64,000 bases of DNA. Origin: Dehalococcoidia bacterium. GTDB taxonomy: Bacteria > Chloroflexota > Dehalococcoidia > UBA6926. Position numbers and translations under genes: made by a program. The stretch covers positions 1,331,734-1,395,733 of the forward strand of contig OZ242019.1 in NCBI GenBank assembly GCA_965204885.1. The letters are read 5' to 3'. Under the pieces are notes generated by a model. That model ran no database searches. It saw only the letters and a program-made list of their open reading frames with translations, and had not been told where the DNA came from. How positions within the stretch are numbered: the stretch's first letter is position 1; each line of letters begins with the position of its first letter. This document shows positions 10,578 to 19,871 of the stretch, one piece after another.

Positions 10578-10616
10578 TCCCCTCCCTCACGCGGGAGAGA
10601 GCCAGGGTGGGGGGCA
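10578..10616. repeat. REP-like G/C-rich palindromic element (CCCCTCCC...GGGAG...GGGTGGGG family)
   Basis: ttcccctccctcacgcgggagagagccagggtggggggca is related to the element at 43281-43327. Confidence 0.5.
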
Positions 10617-10707
10617 CCATTCAGAATACGCCTTATCCACTGGTGGTTATGCGGGGAGTATCTCTCCAGGAGTCATCTACCCCGGTGAGGGAGCGGAGAG
10701 GCTCCTC

Positions 10708-10980
10708 CTACATCCGGCTGATGCGATCGAAGAGGGCGGCGAAATTGACGCCCCACCCGATGCCGGCTACCCGCCCGGGAAAGATGCGCGGGTCTTCCGG
10801 GTTCCAATACGTTTCACGCATCTGGCGAAGGCTCGGCGGTCTGAGATCGTAGGGTACGAATCCAAGCACGCGTCCATGCCAGCGTTCACTATCCGGACCC
10901 TTCCGCAATTCCTCGTAGAGCACCGCAAGGATGACGACGACGGTGAGAACCTGGGTGAGCCTTCTCAGCATGGCCGCCAT
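10708..10980 (-). CDS. Small membrane protein, function unknown
   Basis: 90 aa with an N-terminal TM helix (LTQVLTVVVILAVLY). It lies immediately downstream of the M16 peptidase gene with no gap. Confidence 0.55.
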   Translation of the reverse strand: MAAMLRRLTQVLTVVVILAVLYEELRKGPDSERWHGRVLGFVPYDLRPPSLRQMRETYWNPEDPRIFPGRVAGIGWGVNFAALFDRISRM

Positions 10981-12264
10981 CTAACGCCCCTCGATGATGT
11001 TCCTGAACCTGCGGTCACTCCGATACGGCCCGACGACGGTAAGGCGATACCGTTCCGGGTCGAAGACACGCCGCGCGACGCGTTGCACGTCATCCACCGT
11101 GATGCTGTCCAACTGTTCGACAACCTCCTCCGGCGTTTCGATGCTCCCGAAGGTGATCTCCTGTCCGCCCAGCCAGCTTGAGATGCTGCGCGTATCCTCC
11201 AGGCGCAATAGCATCCGCCCCTTGGACAACTCCAGCGCGCGATCCAGTTCGCTCTGAGTAATATCCCGCGTCGCCCGATCCAGCTCCTTGATAACGGCCT
11301 CCAACGCTTGCGGCCCCCGTTGCGGCACAGTTCCCGCGTACACCGCCATCGCGCCCGTGTCCTGCAGATACATCACATCCATATCCACTTCGTAGACGAT
11401 GCCCAACCGCTCGCGCAATTCAAGAAAGAGGCGGCATGCCATACCGTCGCCGAGAATCGAGTTGAGAAGCCATAGCGCGCGCCGATCCGGATCGTGTGCC
11501 GACATGCCGGGGAACATCAGGCAGATGTTGGCCTGCTCCGTCTTGCGGTATTCCAGGGCGACACGACTCTCCGGCTGCTTATCGTCCGCAGGCGGCATCG
11601 GGCGCGGATTCCCGCTCGGCCACGCCTCCAGCAGCTTCCCGACTGTCTCTTCAATCTCCGCGTGTTCAATCTGTCCCGCCACTGCCATCACCACCTGCGA
11701 CGGGTCGTACTGCTCACGCATATAGGACATGATCGTGTCCCGCGACAGTGCGCGGACACTCTCTTCCGTCCCGGCAATGTCGCGCCCCAGCGGCTGATCC
11801 GGCCACATGATCTTGTCTGCCATGTGGAAGACGCGCTGCGCCGGGGAATCAAATGAGGTGTGTATCTCCTCAAGAATGACGTCGCGTTCCTTCTCGATCT
11901 CCTCCGCGGGGAACGTCGAATTCAACAGCATGTCCGACAAAATATCTATGCCGATGGACAGGTGGGGTCTCGCAACACGCGCCCAATAGATCGTCACCTC
12001 ACGGTCGGTGCTGGCGTTCATGAATCCACCCACGCGCTCGATGGTCTCGGACACGTCCTGCGCCAGTGGGCGCCGCTCCGTGCCTTTGAACAGGATGTGC
12101 TCTAGGAAATGCGACGCGCCGGATTCATCGTCCTGCTCATAGCGCGAGCCCGTGCCAACGTAGAACGCGATTGAAACGGCGCGCGTCGCCGGCATTGACG
12201 CGGTCAGCAGGCGAATGCCGTTCGGCAGGACGGTTCTGGTATATGGGGCAAGCGCCTCCGTCAT
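10981..12264 (-). CDS. M16 family (pitrilysin/insulinase-like) zinc metallopeptidase
   Basis: The inverted zinc motif HFLEH is present (GASHFLEHILFKGT). The track ORF begins at GTG 12345. I prefer the ATG at 12262-12264 (MTEALAPYTRTVLPNGIRLL). The start is uncertain. Confidence 0.85.
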   Translation of the reverse strand: MTEALAPYTRTVLPNGIRLLTASMPATRAVSIAFYVGTGSRYEQDDESGASHFLEHILFKGTERRPLAQDVSETIERVGGFMNASTDREVTIYWARVARPHLSIGIDILSDMLLNSTFPAEEIEKERDVILEEIHTSFDSPAQRVFHMADKIMWPDQPLGRDIAGTEESVRALSRDTIMSYMREQYDPSQVVMAVAGQIEHAEIEETVGKLLEAWPSGNPRPMPPADDKQPESRVALEYRKTEQANICLMFPGMSAHDPDRRALWLLNSILGDGMACRLFLELRERLGIVYEVDMDVMYLQDTGAMAVYAGTVPQRGPQALEAVIKELDRATRDITQSELDRALELSKGRMLLRLEDTRSISSWLGGQEITFGSIETPEEVVEQLDSITVDDVQRVARRVFDPERYRLTVVGPYRSDRRFRNIIEGR

Positions 12265-12329
12265 CGTGTACCCGCCAATGGTCGTGGTTGAGGGCAGCGC
12301 TTGCGCGTCACCGCCACCCTGTGAGCCGG

Positions 12330-12974
12330 TCACGATTCCAGCCACAGCACGTCACCGTGCAGATCGTCAGGATGCGGCTTGGCGGCAAACACTGCGTATT
12401 CCGCCTTGCTCGCGCCGATCGTTGTTCCCGCTCCGTGACCCGGGTAGACGATCGTTTCGTCAGGCCGTACATACAACTTCGTCGTGATGCTCGTGATTTC
12501 CTCCCGCAGATTCTCAGGGCTGCGTGAATGTCCCGGCCCGCCCGGGAAAAGGGTATCTCCCGTGAACAGGTGCTGCCCCGTGATGAAACATGCGCTCCCC
12601 GGCGTGTGCCCCGGTGTCGTGATCACCTGCAAGGGCGCTGTCCCAATCTGAAGCGTGTCTCCGTCATTCAACAGCAGGGTGGGGGCGACGGGCAGATCCC
12701 CGGCATCGCCCGGTGTCGCCGCGACGATTGCATTTGGCAGCGCGGCCGAAACCTCCTCCAACGCCCCCCAATGATCTGAGTGGCCGTGTGTGGTCAGGAT
12801 ATAGAGAACATCCATGCCCGCGACGGCATTCAGGATTTGGTCAGCCTCTGCCGCCGCGTCGATGATCGCCGCTACGTTGCGCAAAGGATCCGCGACGACG
12901 TAGAAGTTATTCCCCCAATTCCCGACTTCCTTGCTGTAGATCCGCAGATCCATCTCGTTATGCGTCAGCGTCAT
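12330..12974 (-). CDS. MBL-fold metallo-hydrolase (glyoxalase II-like)
   Basis: 214 aa with the canonical THGHSDHWG (HxHxDH) motif and a later TPGHTPGS. Confidence 0.85.
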   Translation of the reverse strand: MTLTHNEMDLRIYSKEVGNWGNNFYVVADPLRNVAAIIDAAAEADQILNAVAGMDVLYILTTHGHSDHWGALEEVSAALPNAIVAATPGDAGDLPVAPTLLLNDGDTLQIGTAPLQVITTPGHTPGSACFITGQHLFTGDTLFPGGPGHSRSPENLREEITSITTKLYVRPDETIVYPGHGAGTTIGASKAEYAVFAAKPHPDDLHGDVLWLES

Positions 12975-13104
12975 TCCTGAAACTCTCCCATCAGTCCGTT
13001 ATTTACGTTGACACCCCTAACCGCGCTTTCTTAGGATTCTTGCACGCCACGACCAAAATTGCGCGTGTTCGACCCGCCAATTCGTCGCGGCGCGGAGGAA
13101 TCAC

Positions 13105-13944
13105 ATGACTACTGAAGTCGCCCCCGGCGTCGTCGCCATCACACTGCGTCCAGATGATGACGATTCTCCCCATGTCTATTGGGCGCGGGGCGAGAACGGC
13201 GGCGTGCTCATCGACGCCGGCCACGATGAGGACGATGTCTCGCAGCGCGTCATCCACGCCGTCAATGAACTCAGAGGAGACAATCCTGCTCCCGGCGTTC
13301 TTCTGATCACGGACCGCTTTGGGGAGCACTGCGGCGGCGCGGCGGCGCTCAAAGCGGCGTTCCCGGGCATGGTTGTTCACGCCGGCGCGGCGGACGTAGA
13401 TGCAATTAATGCGGAAACCGGTGGAGCAGTTGATGTTCCACTGAACGGCGATGAGACGTTTGACCTCGGCGGAGGCAGGACGATCCACGCCATCGCCACG
13501 CCCGGCCACGTCGGCGGCAGCATGTGCTATCTCCTCCAACCGGACGGCGTCCTGTTCAGCGGCGACTGCGTCCTGAGCCGCGGCACAACTGCCGTCCATC
13601 TGGATCAGGGCGGTGACATGGCCGCCTACGTCGATTCCCTGCAAAGACTCGCCGGACAAAACGCCAATCTGTTGCTCTCATTTCATGGCCTGCCCGTCAC
13701 GGACCCTGCCGCCAAGCTCGCCGAACTCATCGGGCATCGTAACTCCCGTGATGCATCCATCCTGGAATGCCTGCGTGACGGGGTAACGGGCGTGGACGAA
13801 ATGCGAGAACGGCTCTACGGCGCGGCCAACCTTGAGGAATGGCGCTGGAATGCTGCCCGCGAGCAGATCGTCGCCCACCTGATCAAACTGACAGGGGAGG
13901 GTGTTGTAACCCCTGCCAGCGACGGCTCCTATCGGCTGTCATGA
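13105..13944 (+). CDS. MBL-fold protein with a degenerate metal-binding motif
   Basis: 279 aa. The fold landmarks ATPGHVGGS, GDCVL and SFHG are present. The HxHxDH position reads TDRFGEHCGG. Confidence 0.75.
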   Translation: MTTEVAPGVVAITLRPDDDDSPHVYWARGENGGVLIDAGHDEDDVSQRVIHAVNELRGDNPAPGVLLITDRFGEHCGGAAALKAAFPGMVVHAGAADVDAINAETGGAVDVPLNGDETFDLGGGRTIHAIATPGHVGGSMCYLLQPDGVLFSGDCVLSRGTTAVHLDQGGDMAAYVDSLQRLAGQNANLLLSFHGLPVTDPAAKLAELIGHRNSRDASILECLRDGVTGVDEMRERLYGAANLEEWRWNAAREQIVAHLIKLTGEGVVTPASDGSYRLS

Positions 13945-13987
13945 TTATTGGTAGTAACCCGATTTGACTGAAAGGTAAACGAAACCA

Positions 13988-15307
13988 ATGAGAGGAATTG
14001 ACGCCCTTTCTGTTTTCCCCGCGTCTGCGAAGGCGCGCGACAACGGCCACCTTGAAATTGCCGGCCTTGACGCCGTGGAACTTGCCCGCGCGCAGGGCAC
14101 GCCGCTGTACCTGTTTGATGAGGCCGAACTGCGAGATGCCGCTCGACGCTATCGCTCAGCCCTGGATGCCCACTATCCCGGTGAAAGCTCCATCATCTAC
14201 GCATCCAAGGCCTTCTCGAACGTCGCCCTTTTCCGACTGCTTGCGGAGGAGGGCGTCGGATTCGATGTTGTGAGCGGCGGTGAGTTGGCGACGGCGCAGG
14301 CGGCAGGCGTCGACCCGGCCAGCGTTCACTTTCACGGCAATAACAAGAGCACAGAGGAACTTGAGCGGGCCGTCGAGTCCGGCATCGGCGCAATCGTCGT
14401 GGACAATCTCCATGAACTTGCACTGCTTGAGTCGATTCTTGAGCGGCTTGGAAGAACACAGCAGGTATCGTTCCGCGTTTCCCCTGGTGTCGATCCACAC
14501 ACTCACGCCCACACCACAACCGGAGTGTTGGACAGCAAGTTCGGACTCGCTATCCAGACGGGGCAGGCGGAAGAGGCCATCGCCCGCGCCATGCAGTCAT
14601 CGCGGCTTGATGTAGCCGGGCTCCATTTCCACCTGGGGTCCCCCATATTCGAGATAGAGCCGTATGAAGAGGCCATTCAGATCACGATGGAATTTGCAGC
14701 GCAGATGAGGGACAAGTACGGCTTTTCACTGCGCATGTTCAGTCCCGGCGGCGGCTTTGCCGTCAACTACCTCACAACGGACGAAGCCCCCGTGCCGGAC
14801 ACATACATCTCCACCATCTCAAAAGCCATCATCCAGGGATGTGATGTTCACGGCCTTGAACTTCCCGCCATCTCCATCGAACCCGGGCGGTCCATGGTGG
14901 GCACGGCGGGAGTCGCGCTCTACACCGTTGGCGCGACAAAGCTCCTGCCTGACATCCGTACCTACGTCTCTGTCGACGGCGGCATGGGCGACAATATCCG
15001 CCCCGCAATCTACGGCTCAGAATATGAGGCCGTGTTGGCCTCGCGGATGGGGGACGCGGAGGAGATCACGGTAACCATCGCCGGGAAGTACTGTGAGTCC
15101 GGGGATATCCTCGTCCGCGACTGCTCTCTCCCGACGCCCGCCGCGGGCGATATCCTCGCCATCCCGGTGTCCGGCGCGTACTGCATCGCAATGTCATCCA
15201 CGTACAATGCGAATCCCCGCCCGGAGGTCGTTCTCGTCTCCAATGGCGAGGCACGCACCATCCGCCGCCGTGAGACCTTCGAAGACCTCATGCGCCTCGA
15301 TGTCTAA
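13988..15307 (+). CDS. lysA: Diaminopimelate decarboxylase
   Basis: 439 aa. This is an Orn/DAP/Arg decarboxylase fold (YASKAFSN..., HFHLGS, GGGF, CESGD) with LysA-like length and termini. Confidence 0.92.
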   Translation: MRGIDALSVFPASAKARDNGHLEIAGLDAVELARAQGTPLYLFDEAELRDAARRYRSALDAHYPGESSIIYASKAFSNVALFRLLAEEGVGFDVVSGGELATAQAAGVDPASVHFHGNNKSTEELERAVESGIGAIVVDNLHELALLESILERLGRTQQVSFRVSPGVDPHTHAHTTTGVLDSKFGLAIQTGQAEEAIARAMQSSRLDVAGLHFHLGSPIFEIEPYEEAIQITMEFAAQMRDKYGFSLRMFSPGGGFAVNYLTTDEAPVPDTYISTISKAIIQGCDVHGLELPAISIEPGRSMVGTAGVALYTVGATKLLPDIRTYVSVDGGMGDNIRPAIYGSEYEAVLASRMGDAEEITVTIAGKYCESGDILVRDCSLPTPAAGDILAIPVSGAYCIAMSSTYNANPRPEVVLVSNGEARTIRRRETFEDLMRLDV

Positions 15308-15313
15308 TCCCTC

Positions 15314-15342
15314 GTCATTCCCGCGAAAGCGGGAATCCAGAA
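15314..15342. repeat. REP-like palindromic element, exact copy of 43406-43434
   Basis: gtcattcccgcgaaagcgggaatccagaa has stem attcccgc/gcgggaat. It sits 7 nt after the lysA stop. Confidence 0.8.
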
Positions 15343-15382
15343 TCCCCTCGAAACGCCCGCTTGGACGGAACGGTCTTTAAAA

Positions 15383-16357
15383 GTGCCTTGGACGACGCCT
15401 GCCGACAAAGACGCCGTCGGTCTCTTGGACCGCAGCATTCAGCAGGGTAGGCTCGCCCACGCCTGGCTGCTGACCGGCCCCGCCGGTGTTGGCGGACTGG
15501 CGCTCGCCCGCGAATTCGCGAAAGCGTTCCTGTGTGAATCGGAGCAGGGCAGGCCGTGTGGTAAGTGTCGCCAATGCCAGCGTGTCGCGAGCGGCCATCA
15601 TGCGGATGTCATGGTCATCTCGCCGACCGGCACGGGCTCCATCGGCATCGAGGCCGCTCGCGACCTCCAGGCCGCCGCCAACCTGCAGCCGTACGAGGCG
15701 TCCGGCCGCGTTATCATCATCGACGATGCGGACACCCTTACACGTGAGGCCGCGAACGCCCTCCTCAAGGTCCTCGAAGAGCCTCATCCGAACGTCACCC
15801 TCATCCTCGTCACGGCCAACGACGAGGCGATTCTCGATACAATCCGTTCCCGCTGCCAGATCGTTCCGCTCCGCCCGATCCCATTTGACCGGGTTGCTGA
15901 GACGCTGCGCGAGAACGGCGCGGATGACGAGGAAGCCAATCGTCTTGCCAAGCTCTCCGGCGGCCGCCTCGAATATGCGCTCAGCCTGCTGGCCGATACC
16001 GCCCCGCTGGACGCCCGCCGCGCCGCCCTGGATGACATCCTTGCCGTTCGCGGCGAGTCTGTTGCCGACCGCCTACGGCGCGCCGGCAGGATGGGCGACG
16101 ATTTCTACGCCGACCGCCAGCGCCTGCTTGCCAGACTTGAAGCATGGGCATCGATATGGCGCGACGCGCTTGTCGTTGCGGCGGACGCGCCGGAGGACGT
16201 GACGGACTCTGAGGATTTGGATCGTGTAGGGGAGATCGGCGTCACCTTAGGGGAGGCCCAATCGGCCCTGAACGAGACCCTCTTCACCATGCAGGCGCTG
16301 CGTCAGAACGCCAACGCCCGCCTCGCCTTGGAATCCTACTTACTGTCGCTGCCGTAG
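15383..16357 (+). CDS. holB: DNA polymerase III subunit delta prime
   Basis: 324 aa. HAWLLTGPAGVGG is Walker-A-like, CGKCRQC is the zinc module, and the SRC motif (IRSRCQ) is present. Confidence 0.88.
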   Translation: MPWTTPADKDAVGLLDRSIQQGRLAHAWLLTGPAGVGGLALAREFAKAFLCESEQGRPCGKCRQCQRVASGHHADVMVISPTGTGSIGIEAARDLQAAANLQPYEASGRVIIIDDADTLTREAANALLKVLEEPHPNVTLILVTANDEAILDTIRSRCQIVPLRPIPFDRVAETLRENGADDEEANRLAKLSGGRLEYALSLLADTAPLDARRAALDDILAVRGESVADRLRRAGRMGDDFYADRQRLLARLEAWASIWRDALVVAADAPEDVTDSEDLDRVGEIGVTLGEAQSALNETLFTMQALRQNANARLALESYLLSLP

Positions 16358-16485
16358 CCGCTCAATAGGGAGGAGTCGGGCTCCCCCATTCCAAATCTGC
16401 CCAAGTTATGGTAGACTGAGCGACGGTGTGTTCGTGTGCGGGATAGCAGCAGATATGTGAACTGTACCTCACTGCTTTCCCCGCG

Positions 16486-16541
16486 CTGCGCTGCCCCCTC
16501 TCATTCGAGGCCGAGCGAATGTCAGGGGGTAGCGTCTTTTT
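16486..16541 (+). terminator. Long imperfect hairpin followed by CTTTTT (intrinsic terminator, plus-strand orientation; REP-like core)
   Basis: The stems are GCGCT/AGCGT, CCCCCT/AGGGGG and CATTCG/CGAATG, followed by CTTTTTGGGG. The element lies between holB and the convergent trpB. Confidence 0.5.
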
Positions 16542-16545
16542 GGGG

Positions 16546-17763
16546 CTATGCCCCGTCGAGTTCGATGCCCAGCGCGTCTGTCACGGTGGCCAGATCCTTG
16601 TCGCCACGCCCGCTCAGGTTCACGAGGATTATGTCATCTGATGACAGCGTGGCGGCCAGACGCGCCGCCTCGTAGATAGCGTGCGACGACTCCAGCGCCG
16701 GGATTATCCCCTCAGTCCGCGCCAAAAGCCTAAAACCCTCCAGCGCCTCCGTGTCCGTCACGCTCGTAAATCGCGCCCGCTCCGTCTCCTGGTAATACGA
16801 CAACTCCGGACCGACGCCGGGGTAGTCGAGTCCGGCTGAAATGCTGTGTGTTTCCGTCACCTGTCCCCATTGATCCTGCAGCACCTGTGAGAACGACCCG
16901 TGCAGCACGCCCGGCTTGCCCGCTCCGAGGCTCGCGCTGTGCTCGCCGGTATCGATGCCGTGCCCCGCGGCCTCCACGCCGACCATCGCAACATCTGAGT
17001 CGCCGTAGAACGCGTGGAACAGCCCCATCGCGTTGCTCCCGCCGCCTACGCAGGCGACGAGATGTGTCGGCAGCCGCCCTTCTACGTCCAGCATCTGCTC
17101 TCGGGCCTCCTGCCCGATAACGGCCTGAAAATCACGCACGATGACGGGGTAGGGGTGCGGCCCGACGACACTGCCGATGACGTAGTACGTGTTCGCCACG
17201 TTCGTCACCCAGTCGCGCATCGCCTCGTTGACCGCGTCCTTGAGCGTGCGTGAGCCCGCCGTGACGGATACGACATCCGCTCCCAGCAGTCGCATGCGGA
17301 ACACGTTTGGCGCTTGGCGGTGAATGTCCTCCTCGCCCATGTACACGACACATTCGAGGCCCAGCAGCGCGCAGACGGTGGCCGTCGCCACGCCGTGCTG
17401 CCCCGCGCCCGTCTCCGCGATGATCCGCGTCTTGCCCATGCGCTGTGCCAGCAGCACCTGTCCGAGGGCGTTGTTGATCTTGTGGGCGCCCGTGTGCGCC
17501 AGATCCTCTCGCTTGAGATAGATGAGCGCGCCGCCGCTCTGTTCAGTCAGCCTTTCGGCCAGCGTTAACGGTGTTGGGCGGCCTGCATAGGTGCGTGAGA
17601 GATGATCCAGTCGCGAAAGAAAGTCGTTATCTTCACGTGCCGCCGCGTACGACTCTTCAAGCTCCGTGACCGCCGCCATCAATGTCTCCGGCACATAGCG
17701 GCCGCCGAATCGCCCAAAGCGTCCCGGGGCCTCCGCGTCTGCGCCCGTCTTGACGATGGTCAT
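16546..17763 (-). CDS. trpB: Tryptophan synthase beta chain (TrpB1 type)
   Basis: 405 aa. [15 protein letters not shown] and the PLP-lysine region HTGAHKINN are present. Confidence 0.96.
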   Translation of the reverse strand: MTIVKTGADAEAPGRFGRFGGRYVPETLMAAVTELEESYAAAREDNDFLSRLDHLSRTYAGRPTPLTLAERLTEQSGGALIYLKREDLAHTGAHKINNALGQVLLAQRMGKTRIIAETGAGQHGVATATVCALLGLECVVYMGEEDIHRQAPNVFRMRLLGADVVSVTAGSRTLKDAVNEAMRDWVTNVANTYYVIGSVVGPHPYPVIVRDFQAVIGQEAREQMLDVEGRLPTHLVACVGGGSNAMGLFHAFYGDSDVAMVGVEAAGHGIDTGEHSASLGAGKPGVLHGSFSQVLQDQWGQVTETHSISAGLDYPGVGPELSYYQETERARFTSVTDTEALEGFRLLARTEGIIPALESSHAIYEAARLAATLSSDDIILVNLSGRGDKDLATVTDALGIELDGA

Positions 17764-18455
17764 CGTGTCGTCTCACTGCCGGTCCGCGCTCCGACGGAGC
17801 CTGTTGACGCCCGCCGCGCCTCATAGACGAATCGTCCCACCTTGGACGGGTCCTTGACCCGCTCCGTTTCGACACCACTTGAAACGTCCACGCCCCACGG
17901 GCGAACTGAGCGAATCGCCTCAGCGACATTGTCCGGCCCAAGTCCGCCCGCCAGGATGAACGAATATCGCCTCGCGAGCCGTTCAGCCAACGCAAAATCC
18001 AGGCTGACGCCGGCTCCCCCGGGCTCGCCCTCCACATGCGGCTCAATCAGGCTCAACGAGCCGGTGCGCTGTGTGAATTCAGCCACGACCCCAAGTTCAT
18101 CCTCAACCTGCTCCGGCGTCAGGGCTGACGATATCCGCCGGCAGACAATCAGAGGCCTCTCCATCTGTTCCCAGTACACCGGGGACTCTGTCCCGTGCAG
18201 CTGAATCATGTCCAGCCCGACCTTGTCCGCTGTCGCGTTCACCTCGTCGATTGGCTGGTCAACAAATACACCCACAACCGTCGGCACGTGATCCGCCTCA
18301 CCCCGCAGAGTGCTGACAATCTCTTGGGCATAGTCGACTGGGATCCGCCGCCACGCGTCGGCGAAGATGATGCCAAGCAGATCCGCTCCCGCGTCGGCGG
18401 CATTGATCAGGTCGGTTGCCGACCGGTTGCCGCACATCTTGATGGCGAGACCCAT
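17760..18455 (-). CDS. trpF: Phosphoribosylanthranilate isomerase
   Basis: 231 aa, IKMCGNRS...DLLGIIF...PRAI-like. It overlaps trpB by 4 nt and trpC by 1 nt. Confidence 0.9.
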   Translation of the reverse strand: MGLAIKMCGNRSATDLINAADAGADLLGIIFADAWRRIPVDYAQEIVSTLRGEADHVPTVVGVFVDQPIDEVNATADKVGLDMIQLHGTESPVYWEQMERPLIVCRRISSALTPEQVEDELGVVAEFTQRTGSLSLIEPHVEGEPGGAGVSLDFALAERLARRYSFILAGGLGPDNVAEAIRSVRPWGVDVSSGVETERVKDPSKVGRFVYEARRASTGSVGARTGSETTR

Positions 18456-19423
18456 TAGCTGCCCCGCGGTCCGAAATCGCCCGGTATGCCGGGGAATCGC
18501 GGCGGCCCGAACCCGCCGATTCCCGGAACGCCGCCGCCCGGCATGGGAGGCCCGCCGCCGAACTGCGGAATCGTGTCTCGTATGACGTCCTCAGGCACAG
18601 ACGCCTCCATCCCTGTCAGGCGTGGAATGCGGATTGAACTTAACTCCTGCGTCTTTGCAGCTGTGTCCTCGGCAGTGATGAGTGCCTCGCCAACGAGTAT
18701 CGCGTCAGCCCCTGCGGCCCTCATGCTGCGCGCGTCCTCCGTCGAAGAGATGCCGCTTTCCGCCACCACGCGCGTGCTGCCGCCGATGCGGGGCGCGAGG
18801 CCGTGTGTCGTTGCCAAATCCGTTTCAAACGTGCGGAGATCACGGTTGTTGATGCCCACCAGCCGCGGCTTGATGTCCAGCGCGCGGTACAGTTCAAGCT
18901 CGTCGTGTGTTTCGATCAATGCCGCCATACCCAACTCGCCCGCCAGGCCCTGGTAATCCTGCAGCTGCCCGTCGGACAGGCTGATCACGAGCAGAAGAAT
19001 GGCGTCCGCGCCCCACACCCGCGCCTCATAGATCATGTATTCATCAATGACGAAATCCTTGCGAAGGATTGGGGTTCCCGATTCCGCCGTGACTTCTCTC
19101 ACGGCCTTGAGATCGTCCAGTGATCCCTTGAAGAACGGCCTGTCCGTCAGGACGGAAAGCGCGGACGCGCCGTTATCGATATAGACGCGGGCAAGCTCTG
19201 CGGCGTCGATGTCCGGCGCAAGGTCACCCTTGGATGGCGACGCCCGCTTTACCTCAGCGATGAGATGCAGCCGATCCTCCGCGAACGCGTCGTAGAAGCC
19301 ACGCGTTTCCTCGGCGTCTTTGGCGCGCGCCTTGACCTCGGTAAGAGGCAGCGAGGACATACGATCGTCAAGGTCCTCCCGCGTCTGCGGCAGGATTTTA
19401 TCCAAATAGGTGCCAGTCGTCAT
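18455..19423 (-). CDS. trpC: Indole-3-glycerol phosphate synthase with a Gly/Pro-rich C-terminal tail
   Basis: 322 aa. EVKRASPSKG and ILRKDFVIDEYMIYEAR are IGPS motifs. About 60 extra C-terminal residues are rich in G and P. Confidence 0.93.
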   Translation of the reverse strand: MTTGTYLDKILPQTREDLDDRMSSLPLTEVKARAKDAEETRGFYDAFAEDRLHLIAEVKRASPSKGDLAPDIDAAELARVYIDNGASALSVLTDRPFFKGSLDDLKAVREVTAESGTPILRKDFVIDEYMIYEARVWGADAILLLVISLSDGQLQDYQGLAGELGMAALIETHDELELYRALDIKPRLVGINNRDLRTFETDLATTHGLAPRIGGSTRVVAESGISSTEDARSMRAAGADAILVGEALITAEDTAAKTQELSSIRIPRLTGMEASVPEDVIRDTIPQFGGGPPMPGGGVPGIGGFGPPRFPGIPGDFGPRGS

Positions 19424-19501
19424 TCCTGTGATTCCTTGACCTGTGGGAAGGCACGTCTATAATGCCATTCATTGCGGCCTGACGCCGCGAGGGAGGCCTC
19501 C

Positions 19502-19693
19502 ATGTCCAACTGGGACATGTTTCACCTGAACACCCCGGATCCCCAGGAGGCGGTGCAGAAGCATCGCGAGACGCATGACGGCCACCGCCATCCGGTTACT
19601 CTCGAACGCGCCCTCGTTTACCTTGCCATCATCGCGGGAATCTCCGCGCTGCCAATCATCGTGCTTCTCGTGTATGCCGCACGCGCTGCCTGA
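19502..19693 (+). CDS. Small membrane protein (63 aa), unknown function
   Basis: The ATG at 19502 is preceded by GAGGGAGG. There is one clear TM helix (LVYLAIIAGISALPIIVLLVYAA). It is antisense to the trp operon direction. Confidence 0.5.
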   Translation: MSNWDMFHLNTPDPQEAVQKHRETHDGHRHPVTLERALVYLAIIAGISALPIIVLLVYAARAA

Positions 19694-19724
19694 GCGCAGC
19701 CGTATCTTTCTGAATACGCTTTCC

Positions 19725-19871
19725 ATGTTTGACCAAGAACTACGAGAGGGAGAGCGCCGGAACGAGGGCGAGAGTTTCAAAAAGTTCGCGGGCCGGCGGC
19801 TATTGGTGGCTATCATCGCCTTGATCGGCGTCGCTGTCATCGCGTACCTGCTATTCAGCCCGTCTCTCTAA
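19725..19871 (+). CDS. Possible small membrane protein (48 aa)
   Basis: MFDQELREGERRNEGESFKKFAGRRLLVAIIALIGVAVIAYLLFSPSL has one TM helix. No clear RBS is present. The 3' end overlaps the trpD stop by 4 nt. Confidence 0.3.
   Translation: MFDQELREGERRNEGESFKKFAGRRLLVAIIALIGVAVIAYLLFSPSL

Noticed and set aside
12975-13104. Promoter call TTGACA-17-TTAGGA in the divergent MBL spacer
   Set aside because: The -10 is poor and several alternatives exist. Support is not strong enough to list it as a feature.
15314-15342. CRISPR array formed by the repeated palindromes
   Set aside because: The copies are solitary and tens of kb apart, not arrayed with regular spacers. No cas genes are present in the window.
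19469-19840. 123-aa minus-strand ORF that would fill the trpD-trpC gap
   Set aside because: It has no similarity to any trp enzyme or recognisable domain and its composition is junk-like. The opposite strand has better-supported small TM ORFs with an RBS.
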